Assembly (NCBI GenBank): GCA_964304625.1
Contig: OZ199840.1
Coordinates: 5,011,200-5,075,199, forward strand
Length of the DNA stretch: 64,000 nucleotides
Reading direction: 5' to 3'
Source of the DNA: Kudoa neothunni
Taxonomy: Eukaryota > Animalia > Cnidaria
Shown here one piece after another: positions 1 to 12,716 of this stretch. Within the stretch, counting starts at the first letter, position 1. Every line of letters begins with the position of its first letter. Made by a program: the position numbers and the translations under genes. Under the pieces are notes generated by a model. That model searched no databases. It was given only the letters and a program-made list of their open reading frames with translations, and was not told where the DNA came from.

Positions 1-1600
1 CGTTCACGTAGGTAGGGAAATTATTGCAATACCGGATGGTAGTTTTCTTGCGTATGACGCATCTTTTCCGTAGTGTGTTCGTAGAGGGTATTATTTTTGG
101 TTTTTTGCACATGTAAGCCTTCTGAAAATTTTCTCAGTATAGTTCTATGACCTACTATTGAACTTTTCGTTGTGAATGATATTAGATTTTTTACGATGGC
201 TCGTGTATGTGTATAAGAGTCAATTTTCGAGTAATTCCCTACATTTATCAGTCTCCATAAATTCATCAGGGCCATAGACCGCATGTTGATGAATAGTTAC
301 CATTACCATTTTTTGATTTTATATTTATTTTATACCAGGCTATTGAATTATCAGCAAAATCATCTCTACAAATATGTTTATTATACATATACATGTTGTG
401 TGGCTGTTTAACCTGTCAAAAAGATCTTTTAATTTAACAATATCTTAACTTTCGTAATTGGATGCGGTCCAGAACAATTAGTCATCATAAAACTAATTTA
501 TTATCATGCCAATGAGAGAATAAAATTTTTTTGGAATTATCAACGATATTTTCGTTTGTACCTCGAATCGTTTTCTTCATTAAACACTTAGGTGATACGT
601 TAATATAGAAAAAAAATAGCTAAGGACGAAAAAAGAAATTATCAACAAACAATCTATGTTTGGATACATCCCACAAGTCATCAATGAAACGTTTCACAAA
701 ACCTACTCCAAATCTCAGCTGTTGACGTTCTATCATAAATAGAAAAGCAAAACGCCGTAACCATATGAAGACCTTAGTATCCAATTTTTAAACCCCAAGC
801 GTAAAGGTTTCCCTCTCCTAAACATCTTACAGGAATGATGTCCTTAATATGGTGCCATTTGCACATGTGTGATGTTCCTGTTAAAAATTCCATACTTTCT
901 TAAGTTTACATTCATTTTTCCAATCAATGTTTTTTTATTTAAATAATTTGTCTCCATTGTCTATTCTCGCGTTATCATTAAGATGGAAATATCTCTTAAT
1001 GGATTTGAAGTGTTTATAGGTCATCGTTCTATTCACTAGCATTATTCCAGAATCTACAGCGTCTTTCCAACACATATATTTCCAGATTAATGTATGGTAG
1101 CTGGTAAGTAACAGTATACCATTAAAAGTTTTGGGTTGTTCGACTGTCAGATTAAAAATGTGGTCAGTTTTCTGTTGAATATATAAGCCTGATCGCTTTA
1201 AAATCATCATTATGATGTTTTAGTCAAAATGTTGTTGACAAACATTATAGGACTCAACTCTTTCTTAAAGTTTATGCAGGTTCTTCACATAAATTTTAAC
1301 TGATTATAAATTATGCATGGTCGCTAAAGTTCGCGACCTAATTTTATTTGTAAAATATTTTCCAAGAAGGAGAAATTTCATCTTAAAAAAAATTTACTAA
1401 TTATTTTCATACCGCACCTCAATCTCTCCGCATATTCGGGTACAATTCTTATACCAGTATCCACTATTAAATTTGCCACCAAATTATCCTCCTCATCCAT
1501 TAAATCCTCAACAGTGATTGGAGAAGGTGATAAAACTTCGAAGCATGTCATCCTTGTCACAGAATTTATTAACAGCGTCTAATAAATTTTTGTAACGAAT
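1..1600 (-). mobile_element. Decayed piggyBac (PGBD-like) transposase
   Basis: Minus-strand fragments with piggyBac motifs (MTYKHFKSIKRYFHLNDN, GKPLRLGFKNW, LFVDNFFF); many stops and frameshifts; ends not identified. Confidence 0.75.
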
Positions 1601-2012
1601 TACGTAAATCACGAATTTCAACAATCTATTAATGGATTAATGGAAGATTTCCACGCGGAGGAATTACTGTTCCTTTTAGGCACATGTTTATTTTGTTAAT
1701 ACTTTTCTTAATTCTAAACGAATATGTATGCGACTCAAAATTTTGATTTGCATACATACATAATGTTAAAGGCAGTGTCTATTTTGTCGTACGCGCTTTT
1801 TCCTTTGAAATATTAATCCATTCATTACCATTTTTTCAAAAAATATATTTTATAAATTCATAAGTTTAGTTTCATTAATTTTTTAGTTATCGATTAGACA
1901 TAAAATTACATCGAGGATATTTTAAACTCATTCATAAGTATCAATATAAATGACATTAAATTTTTTATAAATTTATATTATTTTCGTAACTAATCTAAAG
2001 GAAGTATCTATT

Positions 2013-2040
2013 GGCCCGTCGACGGGCCGATAAACACTAC
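2013..2040 (+). mobile_element. Helitron-like 3' terminus
   Basis: Perfect 16-bp GC-rich palindrome GGCCCGTCGACGGGCC followed 8 nt later by CTAC (consensus CTRR) in AT-rich DNA. Confidence 0.45.
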
Positions 2041-2208
2041 CTTACCATAATGACAATTAAATCCATTCTTGAAGTTTCTATATTTTGGTTTAAGCAATTT
2101 ACAAATTTTCGAATTAACAATTGGGTTTTGTCTTAATAACTAAATAAATATAAACTAATCATAAATTTACGATCTATTAAAATTGAGGTATTATACCGAT
2201 TATCTTAA

Positions 2209-5200
2209 CCCTCTAATGACCTTGGGATCTCTTAGACCCCAGATGAAAGTCAATCCTTACATAACTTATTCTGAAAATTTTCAATTCTTTTATAATTTCA
2301 TCTATTCTCTTAATTTAAAACAAGGCTTAATGTACTCCAAAATTAATTACAAAAATAAGGAGATGATGTAAATGAATAATATTTTTAAGGAACATTTTTT
2401 AAGTTTTTGAGAGGTATATTTAATCTATTTTTAATTTAATTAAAAGATTTTAACCGTTGTTAAGAGCCTGAGTTTTTTGACAAATCAATCTCATTAAAGA
2501 ATATTGTTCATCACATGTTTAAGATCATGACACAAACGCAATGAGTGAAGCAATGGAATACAGATATGAGTACCAATCATCGGATTTTGAATTTGATTGT
2601 TACCAGTCAGAATCTTCAAAAAGTTACAATGATGTACTCGGAGTTGACGATCTTGATAATACAATGAGTAAGAATAAGTTAATTTGGAGTCTAATCAAGT
2701 CTTCTCCGTCAAAAACCTCCCTTGAAAATATTACGAACTCTCGCTCTGGACCTACTAATTATTGTTTGAAACACGTGACAAATATTTCTGACTGTTTTAC
2801 GATATTTTTTACACCGTATATTTGTAATAAAATTATAAAAAGTACAAATATTTCTGGAAAATCATGCTTCAAAGAAAACTGGAAGGACGTGGATTATGTT
2901 GAATTTCTATGATATTTGGGAACACTCATCTTAATGGCTATTCACAAAGACAGAGGGGAACCTTTATCTGAGCTCTTCAGCTTGAGCGAAGGCAGGGAAA
3001 TCTACTGGAAACTTTTCTCTCATCAGCGATTCCAACATATATCAAAGTCCCTATGTTTCGATGATCTTAGGTACCATAGAGTCAAGGTTTGACGATAATT
3101 TGGTTTGATTCGTGAAATTGGGACAACCTGGGCTAACATTTTGCCATTTTGTTATGCTCCTAATGAGGATATCACGGCGGATGAACTACTAATTGCATTT
3201 AAAGGGAGAGTTTCATTTCGGCAATATATGCCCTTAAAACCAGCACAGTACGGATTAAAGTTTTTCGTTTTAGCTGATCCTAAGGATAAGTATGTCCTGA
3301 ATGTTCTACCGTATCTTGAAAAGAACGATAATAAACAAACTCGAAACTCGAGTGTTGTGCTAGAGCTAACTACCAGTCTTTTTTGTTCAGGTAGGAATGT
3401 TGTCGCGGACAATTTTTTCTTCAGTTGAATTGGTACCCAATCTACTCGAATGAAACTAACCTACCTAAATACCATGCGTCACAATAAAGAAGATATTCCT
3501 CCATGTGCTCTCCCATCGAGAAAAAGAACATTGTAGAGCTCAGTATTTTTGTTTTTTAAAAAAAATATGCCTACCTCATATGTAAATAAACGAGGAAAAT
3601 CTGTGATTCTTTTATCCACAGGATCTACCAATGATGCTATATCGAATGAATCTTTAAGAACAAACCAGAAATTATACTATGGTACAATAAGACGAAAGGT
3701 GGCGTTGATACTATAGATAGAATGCCGTCCTCACATTCAGTTAGAAGGTTTTTCAGGAGATGGCCAGTGGTGGTGTTTTTTTAACATGATAGATCTATCA
3801 TTGATCAATGCCTTCGCAATAATATATAAATGTGTGCAACGCTAAAAACTTTCAAAGGAGCAAATTTTTAAAGCTTCCTTCAGAAGCATTATATAACCCG
3901 CATTTGGAGCGGAATTTAAATGATAAGAAAATTGTGAAAAGATCTCATCAAATATTGAATGAAAGCTTTTCAACTACACCTGAGAATATTTGCAAAGTGA
4001 GATGTGAACTTTTTCCTCGGCAAAATGACAAAAAAACCTCTTCAAATAGTGAATAAAAGTTTATCAACTACATCTGAGAATATTAGCAAAATGATAAAAT
4101 AACCTCTTCAAAATGCGTAAGTTGCAACAGTTTTTACTGCCGCCTTCATTCATCTAAAAAGTGTTTCAACTGTTAGACATGTAGAATCATCGTTTATAAT
4201 TTCAATATATTTTATTTTCTTTATTTTATTTTGTGTGAAATATTTCTATTTGATTAAATACGAATTTTTGTATTTAGATTGCATCGAAATGGCGCGATTA
4301 GATATGTATCAGCATTAACCGGATTAATATCGATTAACTATGTGAATTTTTGTTATTTTCCATGAGATTGTGCAGATGGAATTTTTATAGTGTCTTGCGC
4401 ATAGTTGTAGTAATTTTCTCATTCGAAATGCTTTAAAAAAATCTGGGGTCTTTTTTAACCCAAAGATCGTTGAGGTAGTTTTTTTGGTGATCGTTAACCC
4501 TTTCATGCCAAATGTCCACCCTAGTACTCAAAAAATTAAACGTCCCATAAATATTCACGTTAAATTTATTTAGATGATTTATTGAATTATTACACTTTTT
4601 AAAAGTTAAGTGTTTGTTTCCAGTGATAGCAAATTAAATAAACAAAGAGATCTAGCATTTATAGTAAGTTAAATGGTAATCCTTACATAAAATAAACAGA
4701 GAGTGCAAGAAATTCAAATTTATGCACGTTCAGTCAGTTTTTTCTCGTCGAAAAAAATTAGAATTACGAAACGTTAAAACGTGATTCAATGCGCTACATT
4801 TCATAAGATACATAACAACCTATCAAAATATAATGACTAATCAACAAGTGGGTACTAGGATGGACATTTGACATTCGTGGATCTCCGGCATTCGAATACA
4901 TGGATCACGATTTGGTTTTTAGATGTTCAAAAGAGAGAAACACGACAACTGAAATTGTGATAATTTCTGATCCAGAATAGTACGTTGAAGATTTTGGAAC
5001 ATAAAATCTCGAGGTAAGTGTACTTGAAGCGTACGCCGAAAATAATCAAGATTCAGACTGTTCTGATGAGAAAATTGTACCAACCTTTAACTGGAATATA
5101 AGTGAAACCTTTGCAAATATTCCAAATAATTCAGAGACGGAAGATATTGTTTTTAGTGAAGTTACTGATCACGTTTCACCGATAGATTATATCAACTTCT

Positions 5201-6844
5201 TTTTCAATGAAGACCTAATTCTGTTAATTATTGAACAAACAAATTTATATTCGGTTCGGCGAAATTCTAGTTTTCAAGTTGGTAAAGAAGATATAAAAAG
5301 TTTATAGAAACGTTGATTATCATGGGAGTTGTCAAAATGCCGAGATATCGTTGCTATTGGTCTAAAACTCTAAATTACCCACCTGTTTCTGAGTTTATGT
5401 CGAGAACCCACTTCGAAAATATTTCAAAATATTTACATTTCACTGATAATTCAAAAATTATCACAAATCCGAATTCTTCAGAATATGATAAATTTGCAAA
5501 GATTCGACCGGTTTTGGATTCTATTAGAACAAATTGTTTGAAAGTTGAATGTGGACGAAAGAACTCAATTGATGAGCAAATTATTCCATTCAAAGATAGG
5601 TGTAAAGCGAAACAATATGCTCCAAAGAAACCGACGAAATGGGGACTCAAAATGTTCGCGAGATGTGGAGTTAATGGGCGGCTAGTGCATGATTTTTATC
5701 TGTATGATGGGAAAACCCCCGGGGTGGTTAAAAGTTGTGCGAGAGTTTACCCTTGTCAAAAACTTATTTTGTCTACTTCGACAATTGGTTTACATCTATT
5801 CCTCTTCAAATTTTATTAAAAAAAGGAGCATTTACTTGGTGGGAACCATTCGCAAGAATAGAGTAAAGGGATGTCCATTACAGAATGAGACTGATTTAAA
5901 AACTCTGGGACGAGGAGCATTTGAGATTCTGAACGACTCTAATAATAATATTTCTATAACGCGTTGGTTTGACTGATCTGTCGTAACTCTCTCATCAACC
6001 CATTCTTCAATCCAACCGATTAAAATGGCGAAAAGATTTGACCGTTCCAAAAAAATCATGATTGACATCCCATGTCCTGCAGTTGTAGCTGAATATAACC
6101 AAAATATAGGAGCAGTGGACCTTTCAGATACGTTGATGTCGCTCTATATAATGAAACATAAATGTAAGAAATATTACATGCGAATTTTCCTCTGGGTCCA
6201 CAATACATGTATTATAAATGCGTGGTTATTATATAAGCGAAATTGTATGCTTCGAAAAATTCCTAAGAGAGATATACTGGACTTGATGAATTTTTCATTG
6301 AAAATAAGTGAAAGTCTTCGTTATTGCCAAATAGCAAGTGCTACCAAAAAACGTGGTAGACCGTCTCTTAATAATTCTTGCAAAAAAAATTGATGATAGA
6401 TGTGAAAGAACTGAGAGAATAAGAACACATCCTCTCAGTAATCATATTCGACTGGGTAATGTAGGGCATTATCCTGAAATAGTGTCAATTAAATCCAGAT
6501 GTAGAATATACCAACGAAAAACTCGATTTAAATGCATTAAATATTATTCCTTTTGTTGTATTGTGAATGATTGAGACTGTTTTTTAAGTTATCATAGTCC
6601 AAATATCTAAGAAATTTTAAAGTTTATTCGGTTTGTTTTGTGCGCAATTCAATTCTCTAAATCGTTGTTTTACCACCGATGTCAAATGTCCACCTCGGTA
6701 CCCACATTAAAAACAGTCGAATTTATGCGTCTAATTAGTTTGTATCACAATAAAATCATTAAATACAGGATATTGAGTTCCTGTAATATATTTAAAAAAA
6801 TCGTGAAATGAAATAAAAAATTTGATTACGAACGGGTTAAAGGG
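2209..6844 (+). mobile_element. piggyBac element A (decayed transposase ~2541-4175) with element B nested in its right TIR
   Basis: TTAA at 2205-2208 then CCCTCTAATGACC; the right TIR reconstitutes as GATCGTTAA(4494-97)+AGGG followed by TTAA 6845-6848. Transposase motifs ITADELLIAFKGRVSFRQYMPLKPAQYGLK, VVADNFF, YNKTKGGVD and a Cys-rich C-terminus. Empty site at 12621-12624. Confidence 0.9.
4498..6836 (+). mobile_element. piggyBac element B (decayed, internally deleted transposase ~4900-6610)
   Basis: Flanked by TTAA 4494-4497 and 6837-6840, CCC...GGG ends; subterminal repeat CAAATGTCCACC at ~4509, ~4860 (inverted) and ~6683; motifs SIDEQIIPFKDRCKAKQYAPKKPTKWGLK, YFDNWFT, YNQNIGAVD. Confidence 0.9.
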
Positions 6845-6860
6845 TTAAATAGGCTATATA

Positions 6861-6878
6861 CCCGATACATGTATCGGG
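6861..6878. promoter_or_regulatory. 18-bp perfect palindrome upstream of FN3-like gene copy 1
   Basis: CCCGATACATGTATCGGG, 56 nt before the ATG; the 16-bp core is conserved at 12638-12653 upstream of copy 2. Confidence 0.4.
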
Positions 6879-6934
6879 AATAATATAGCATTCATATACT
6901 GAATTCTATATGTTTATATTCATTATTATTACAT

Positions 6935-9900
6935 ATGATAACGTGTAGAATTTTGGTCCAACTATTTTGTACATATGCATATATTATTACAATTCATTAA
7001 TGTTTAATAGTTATACAAATTACATTTTATTGTATGATAGAGAATGCACCAGCGGCTGGCATTCAACCAGCCCCAAGCCCCATAGCCACACTAAACTACC
7101 AAATTGAGTTAGGCGCTACTGATGAAGCAAATAAAATAAAACATATACTTGGTGGATCTAATTATGGTTCCGGAAAGTGCCGTATATTGAAATCAAACGA
7201 TGCAGCAAACATTTTTAATTCACAAACAGCAGCTGATTTTAATGAAATTTCAGATTGTCCTGGACGTGATGATTCTGTTACCGCAAAATGCATAATCGAT
7301 TGCAATAAACAATATAGCAAAGTCACATACGATAAAATCTCTCCAAGAACGAAATACATATATATATTTTCAGGAAATAATATTAATGCCGTTCAAGAAG
7401 AGTCGCATAAAAGAGGTGGTAAAGTGTTTGGTTTGGCAATACGTAAGAAAGATAGCAATGAATTGGTAAATTTATCCGTTGAATTTAGCATTGCTGGTAA
7501 ATCCTCAAGTATCAATCTCTTTGAACACCCAAAAATTGAGGATCGGATATAAAACTTGCTCACCAGTTGCTTGTCCTATTTACTACAAAGACGCCAAATT
7601 TGCGGATGGTTCAAAGGGAAGCTCATGTGTGGAAAATACCAATGCAAATACTGTAGATTTCGATATATTGGTTCCTCATTATGAGATGAGATGTGAAAAA
7701 TATCCAAGTTTCTTTTATTACATGCCAAATGCATATATGATGGAAAACATTGCTATTTACAAACCTCAATATTATGTAACAAAGAAGACAGGGGACGATA
7801 AGCAAGTTGTTGTTAAATTCACTGATTTAACATTATCGTCTGAAATTTGCGTTTTCAGCATTAAAGACGCTGAAAGTACAACAGCTAACTCCCTGTATGA
7901 ATCGAAATGTGGAAATACTGCGGAAAAGTGTTACGCACCTTGTAAAAATCTCGAACTTACGGTGACTGAATTAAAAGCTTTCTACCAAATCTTAATTCAA
8001 ACCAGATATCACGACCTTTCTATAACTACTACTGATAATCCAGATGGATTTCTTCAGAAAAAGTTTGGTACTTATTTTACATCATATAGTTTTATATTCA
8101 ATTTTATAGCCATTGCGGAAACTAATGGCGATCTATTGTCCGATTTCAAAAAGGGTGGTGTAAAGCTAAATGCTGCCATATTTAAACCAACGACAGGAGC
8201 TTCATCCTTTACTTGTACTATAAAACATTATCTTGCTGATACAATTAAGCCAACTTCATCTATTGAAACTATTTGCGAGACGAGTACTAGGGCAGCTGGT
8301 GCTAATACTTGTAAAACGGATTGCACAAAAGTAGAAATTGAGCAACTATCTCCAGGAAAATCGTACATAATTGAAATTGAATTTGGATTGGCTGAAAATA
8401 AAAATAATGAACAAATACTTATAAGGACAGGTAATAACTGAAAGTTAAATATCAATAACTAAACATTTTCAAAGATAATGATGATAATAAAGAGTTCCAA
8501 ACAACTGACCCTACCAAAACAGAATCAACCGCTACACTAACAGCTATTGGAGGCACAGCTGAAGGCGAAAAGATAAATGAGCCAAATTGTGAGTATTACA
8601 TAAGTCCAGCCGGGAAAAATACATTTTACACTGCTAAATGTACTGAAACTAATCCTTGTAGAGGAAGGTGTAGAGATCCAATAACTATTATTGACCTTGA
8701 ACCAAACACTCTTTACGACGTTAGAGTCGTTGCTGATAAGGATTATAAGGAACATATATATACAAATGTTAAAACGAGTATATTTCTCCATACACTAATT
8801 TATTTCATTCAATCTAGATTTGGCAACGTTGACAATAAATCCAAAATATACGGAGCACGGATTGCGGTTGAATGCACAATTGTCCAAAAAAGTTCCGGAA
8901 GCTATTTGTCATTATACAATCCAAATTAAGAAGGCTGGCAGGTTCGAAGATGCTTACATCTGTACACCACCACAAACACCAGAAGTTGTCCCACAAGTTC
9001 CTGAGACTCCACCAAGCACACAAACTGATTCCAATCCTATCCCGGGTCAAGAAATAACTAGTACCAACCAACTTTCTATTCTAAAATCAACAGATACTGA
9101 ATCGGAAATTGCAGGAACTGAAACTAACATGGAAACTAACACTGATTCAACTGTTGACTCTACCACCACAACTACTACAACTGCGAGCCCAATCAATTCA
9201 AACACATGTTCCTCATTTCCTTTATGCAGTTCTATTGAATTCAACAACTATGATGCAAACGAAGAATATAAAGTGATTATTACCGCAGTGGGAAAATCTA
9301 ACTCGAAAGAAATCACGTTAGCAGCCAGTAAAACTATTATTGCTATTATATAAAAATTTAAAATCATCTTAAATAGCTGCTCCAAAAGGAAACCCTACAG
9401 AAAATGCCAAAACAATATACGTGCAAATTACAAGAGATGGTGAATCATTCACGGTTGAGAATACTCTTCCATCAACTCTTAGAGAAAATTCCAAGTGTAA
9501 ATGGGAATTACGTAATTCGAGTGTTAAATCGATGGCGATTATTAAAAAATGCATGAGTCGCTATGATCCTGGATGTAGAAGGTTCCCTCCATGTAAATCA
9601 TTCACTATCCGTGGATTAGTTGATGGTAACAACTATCACTTGACTGTTTACAGTTCTACCGATACAACAGTTTACGGGACGGCTACTATCGAGCAAGGTG
9701 AAACATTATTTATACGACAATAATTTAAAATGTAAATTTTAGGAGCTAAGAGCAGTTCAAGGTTTTTTAATTAATATTTTTAAAATAAATAAATGTTTTA
9801 TTTAGTTCTAAAACCATGGTCATGTATTAATTTATTATTTTCTTATAGTTGAATTAATATTATTTTAGAATAATTGTGGTAGTAGTTATTGTTGTTTTGA

Positions 9901-9944
9901 TTTCAGTTTCTGTTGGATTGGTGGTTTTCAAGAAGAAAAATTAA
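6935..9944 (+). CDS. Type I membrane protein with ~6 Cys-containing FN3-like modules, Thr-rich insert, TM helix and KKKN tail (copy 1, ~870 aa)
   Basis: Ten exons join in frame through 40-49 nt GT-AG introns: 6935-6968, 7011-7442, 7489-8067, 8110-8430, 8475-8777, 8818-9327, 9377-9697, 9743-9761, 9806-9823, 9869-9944. Signal peptide MITCRILVQLFFIQITFYC; FN3-like LxPxxxY motifs (EQLSPGKSYIIEI, DLEPNTLYDVRV, GLVDGNNYHLTV); TM segment IIIVVVVIVVLISVSVGLVVF. Confidence 0.85.
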
Positions 9945-10855
9945 TCATCAACGTGAGGGAGTTATTTTCTAATGACCTAACTAGAAACATTTAGAGAATT
10001 TAGTTATCTGTGTGATATTTATGAAAATTTTTTGATATATATTAATCATTCAAATTTATTAAAGTTATTTTATAATTTGACTGAGGTATAGAATTATTTA
10101 TATAAATATAGGATCAGAAAAGGCGATTAATTTTTTTATAATTATAAAATACATGCGTCTAAATATTTTGATGTTACATTTAGCTGCTTTTGCAAATTAA
10201 AACCTAAATAACGTTACTGAAATTAGTGTTAAATATGAATATCAGACAAATTAGACAACAAAACAAGATTGACATGCTTCCATTGTTTGTTAAAAAATGA
10301 GCAAGATAGCTTTTACAATAGTATCTTGAATTTTCGATACTCTGTAATACAGTCAACAACGGTTATTGTGTAGGATGATATTACGCATTTTTCGTTTTGT
10401 ATCATTATTTTATCGTTTTGTAAGTTGCAGTTCTATCTATCTTATGAATCTTTTAAGCTATTAAGGTAGCATTTGGAATTATTTATTTAAGTAAATTTTT
10501 GTTATTCGCTAGAAGATGGATATTGCGCCCTAAGTTTAGTCACCATTATATTTAACAATATCTCCAAATCAAAGTGTATTGTCATTATTTGGTGATTTTT
10601 ATTTTAAAGAAGTAGAACGATAATAAACGTTAATTTCAAAGTATTTTATTTTTCCATTAATGAAAATAATTCAGAGTTAATGTATTAAACAGATAAAAAT
10701 TGAAATAATAGCCGACACAGAAAAACGGAAATATTTTATAATTTTAAATTTTATCCACGTAAATAAATTTATTAGTACATTGGTTTCATCGCAGGATTTC
10801 ATGTTTTTCTTTAAAACTGAGTAGATTGTTTAATTTTAAACGATATCTGCGGTCA

Positions 10856-12466
10856 TCTATCTATTCTATATTTACTATCCATTATATATACAAAGCTGAA
10901 GTATCCGCATGTGTAAGCAAGTACGCATGTGCGTCCAAAATTTTTTCCTTATAGAGAGACGTTTATGAAATTTTTTAAAAATAACAATGTTTCAAAAATC
11001 ATTCGATCGTTTTCACATTAAAAAATGTTCCCAGAAGTGTTTAGAAAATGGTTATTTTGTTGATTCAAAGTTTGTTTAACGGATTACTTGAGCTTAACAA
11101 TAAGATTAACATCTGCTTGTGGCCTGCCTATGGTAGGTTGAAGTTAATTTTCCCCTTTAAATGCTCAATCAAATGTTGATTAATTGCTGCTATTTGACTG
11201 TATACAAATTTAGTGTGTAAATTTAGGTTTTCTCGTAAATACACTCCTTATTTGTGGAGTTTTAACGTATACGGCTTGATAAGTATATTTTAAAAATTCT
11301 GTTAATGGTTTTAGATATAATAAAAAATCTATATATGTTTAATTAATAACGATTTGATAAGGAATTCTATAATCAGATAGATTGAAGAATTATAATGGAA
11401 ATACTGTGTCCGCAGATTTCATTGAAATCATCCGTTATGTTGAACTTTCAGTTATTAGATTCAATGCGAATGGTTGTATTCTAACTTTATCTAATTTTAT
11501 AAATTATATTTGTGTAGATATTTAAGCGATTTTTGGCTGTTTGTTTAGGAAAAGTGCATAGATGTTTATGCTGGACCGAGCGATGCTAATTTTAGCAATA
11601 TCAATTAATTTTCATACGTTTTCTTTTATCTCTATTACTTTTTCCTTTATCTCTTAAAAAGTTAGTGGTGCACACAGATACTGAGCTGAGCCAGAATTTG
11701 TCTTTTAAAAATCCTCAGGGTCAAAATATAACGTTTTAGACAACACTTTAAGGTAATTTAAATAATTCGGGAATGTAGAAAAAAATGACGCCAACTTTAA
11801 ATTATTTAATGAACGTTGGGACTGATACGTTCCTTCACAGAAATGATTATAATTTAAATTTCGTCAATTCAAATCATTAATGTGTATGCTTAAAACTTTT
11901 TAGTTATTTTATTTCTTTTGGATAATTCGAAATTTCAATATATTTTTTGAACGCTATTAAAAACATCTCTAGGCGAAATCTATCCCAAGCAACGCTGGTT
12001 AGTTCGCGCTATTTTGTTTTGTTTACAAGGTAAAACCCCTGGCGCAACTTATTAGGTTGTGGAATTCTGGTTGGTCATACCTCTTCCATTAACCTTCTAG
12101 GCACCGCAGGACGTAACATGAAACCCCGCCCCTTATCTTCATGCAGTAGTGTGGGACTTTAACCCAGTGAACATCCTCGTCTCAGGGGCGACCACCACCC
12201 CAAAACCCTATCCCTTTAAAGACGTTGGCTTTGTGGGGACTGCAAATTACTTGTTTTCGATGGGTTCCGCAGATTCAAACTCCTATTCACGCTCACCCCA
12301 TTCCACAGCGAGCGTACGCTTTAAACCAAAGCTACCAAATATGGGATAGAGATCCACCGATATGGAAGTAGTAGACTGACCACCGGCAGAATCTAACACA
12401 TTACCTCACGGTTCTGAGTCCGAGTGTCACACCGATGTGCTATCTGTCCTCGGCAGTTCGCGCTAG
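10856..12466 (+). mobile_element. Non-autonomous Helitron interrupted by a LINE fragment
   Basis: Starts A|TCTATCTATTCTATA...TATACAAAGCTGAAG; removing the 12012-12465 insertion restores an imperfect hairpin end CCCAAGCAACGCTGGTTAGTTCGCGCTAG|T (CTAG end, A/T target). Confidence 0.6.
12012..12454 (-). mobile_element. 5'-truncated non-LTR retroelement or SINE 3' end (R1-clade-like 3' UTR)
   Basis: 11-bp TSD AGTTCGCGCTA at 12001-12011 and 12455-12465; A-rich (CAAAA)n tail on the minus strand; GC-rich body; homologous to 38756-39015. Confidence 0.7.
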
Positions 12467-12716
12467 TGACAATTAAATCCATCCTTGTGGTTTCTAAATT
12501 TTTTTTCAAGTAATTTATAAATTTTCGAATCAAAAATTATGTTTTAGCTTAATAACTAAATAAAGATAAACTAATAAAAAATTTACGATCTATTGAAATT
12601 GAGGTATTAGATCAATTATCTTAAATAGACTATGTACCCGATACATGTATCGGAAATAATATAGCATTCATATATTGAATTCTACTTGTTTTTACTCATT
12701 ATTATTACATATTATT

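Noticed and set aside
7440-7552. Overlapping ORFs conserved in both copies, suggesting a programmed frameshift
   Set aside because: A 46-nt GT-AG intron (7443-7488) joins the frames.
8228-9554. Antisense ORFs over the FN3-like gene (similar ones overlap PUF60 and the Kunitz gene)
   Set aside because: Shadow frames of real coding exons with no independent motifs.
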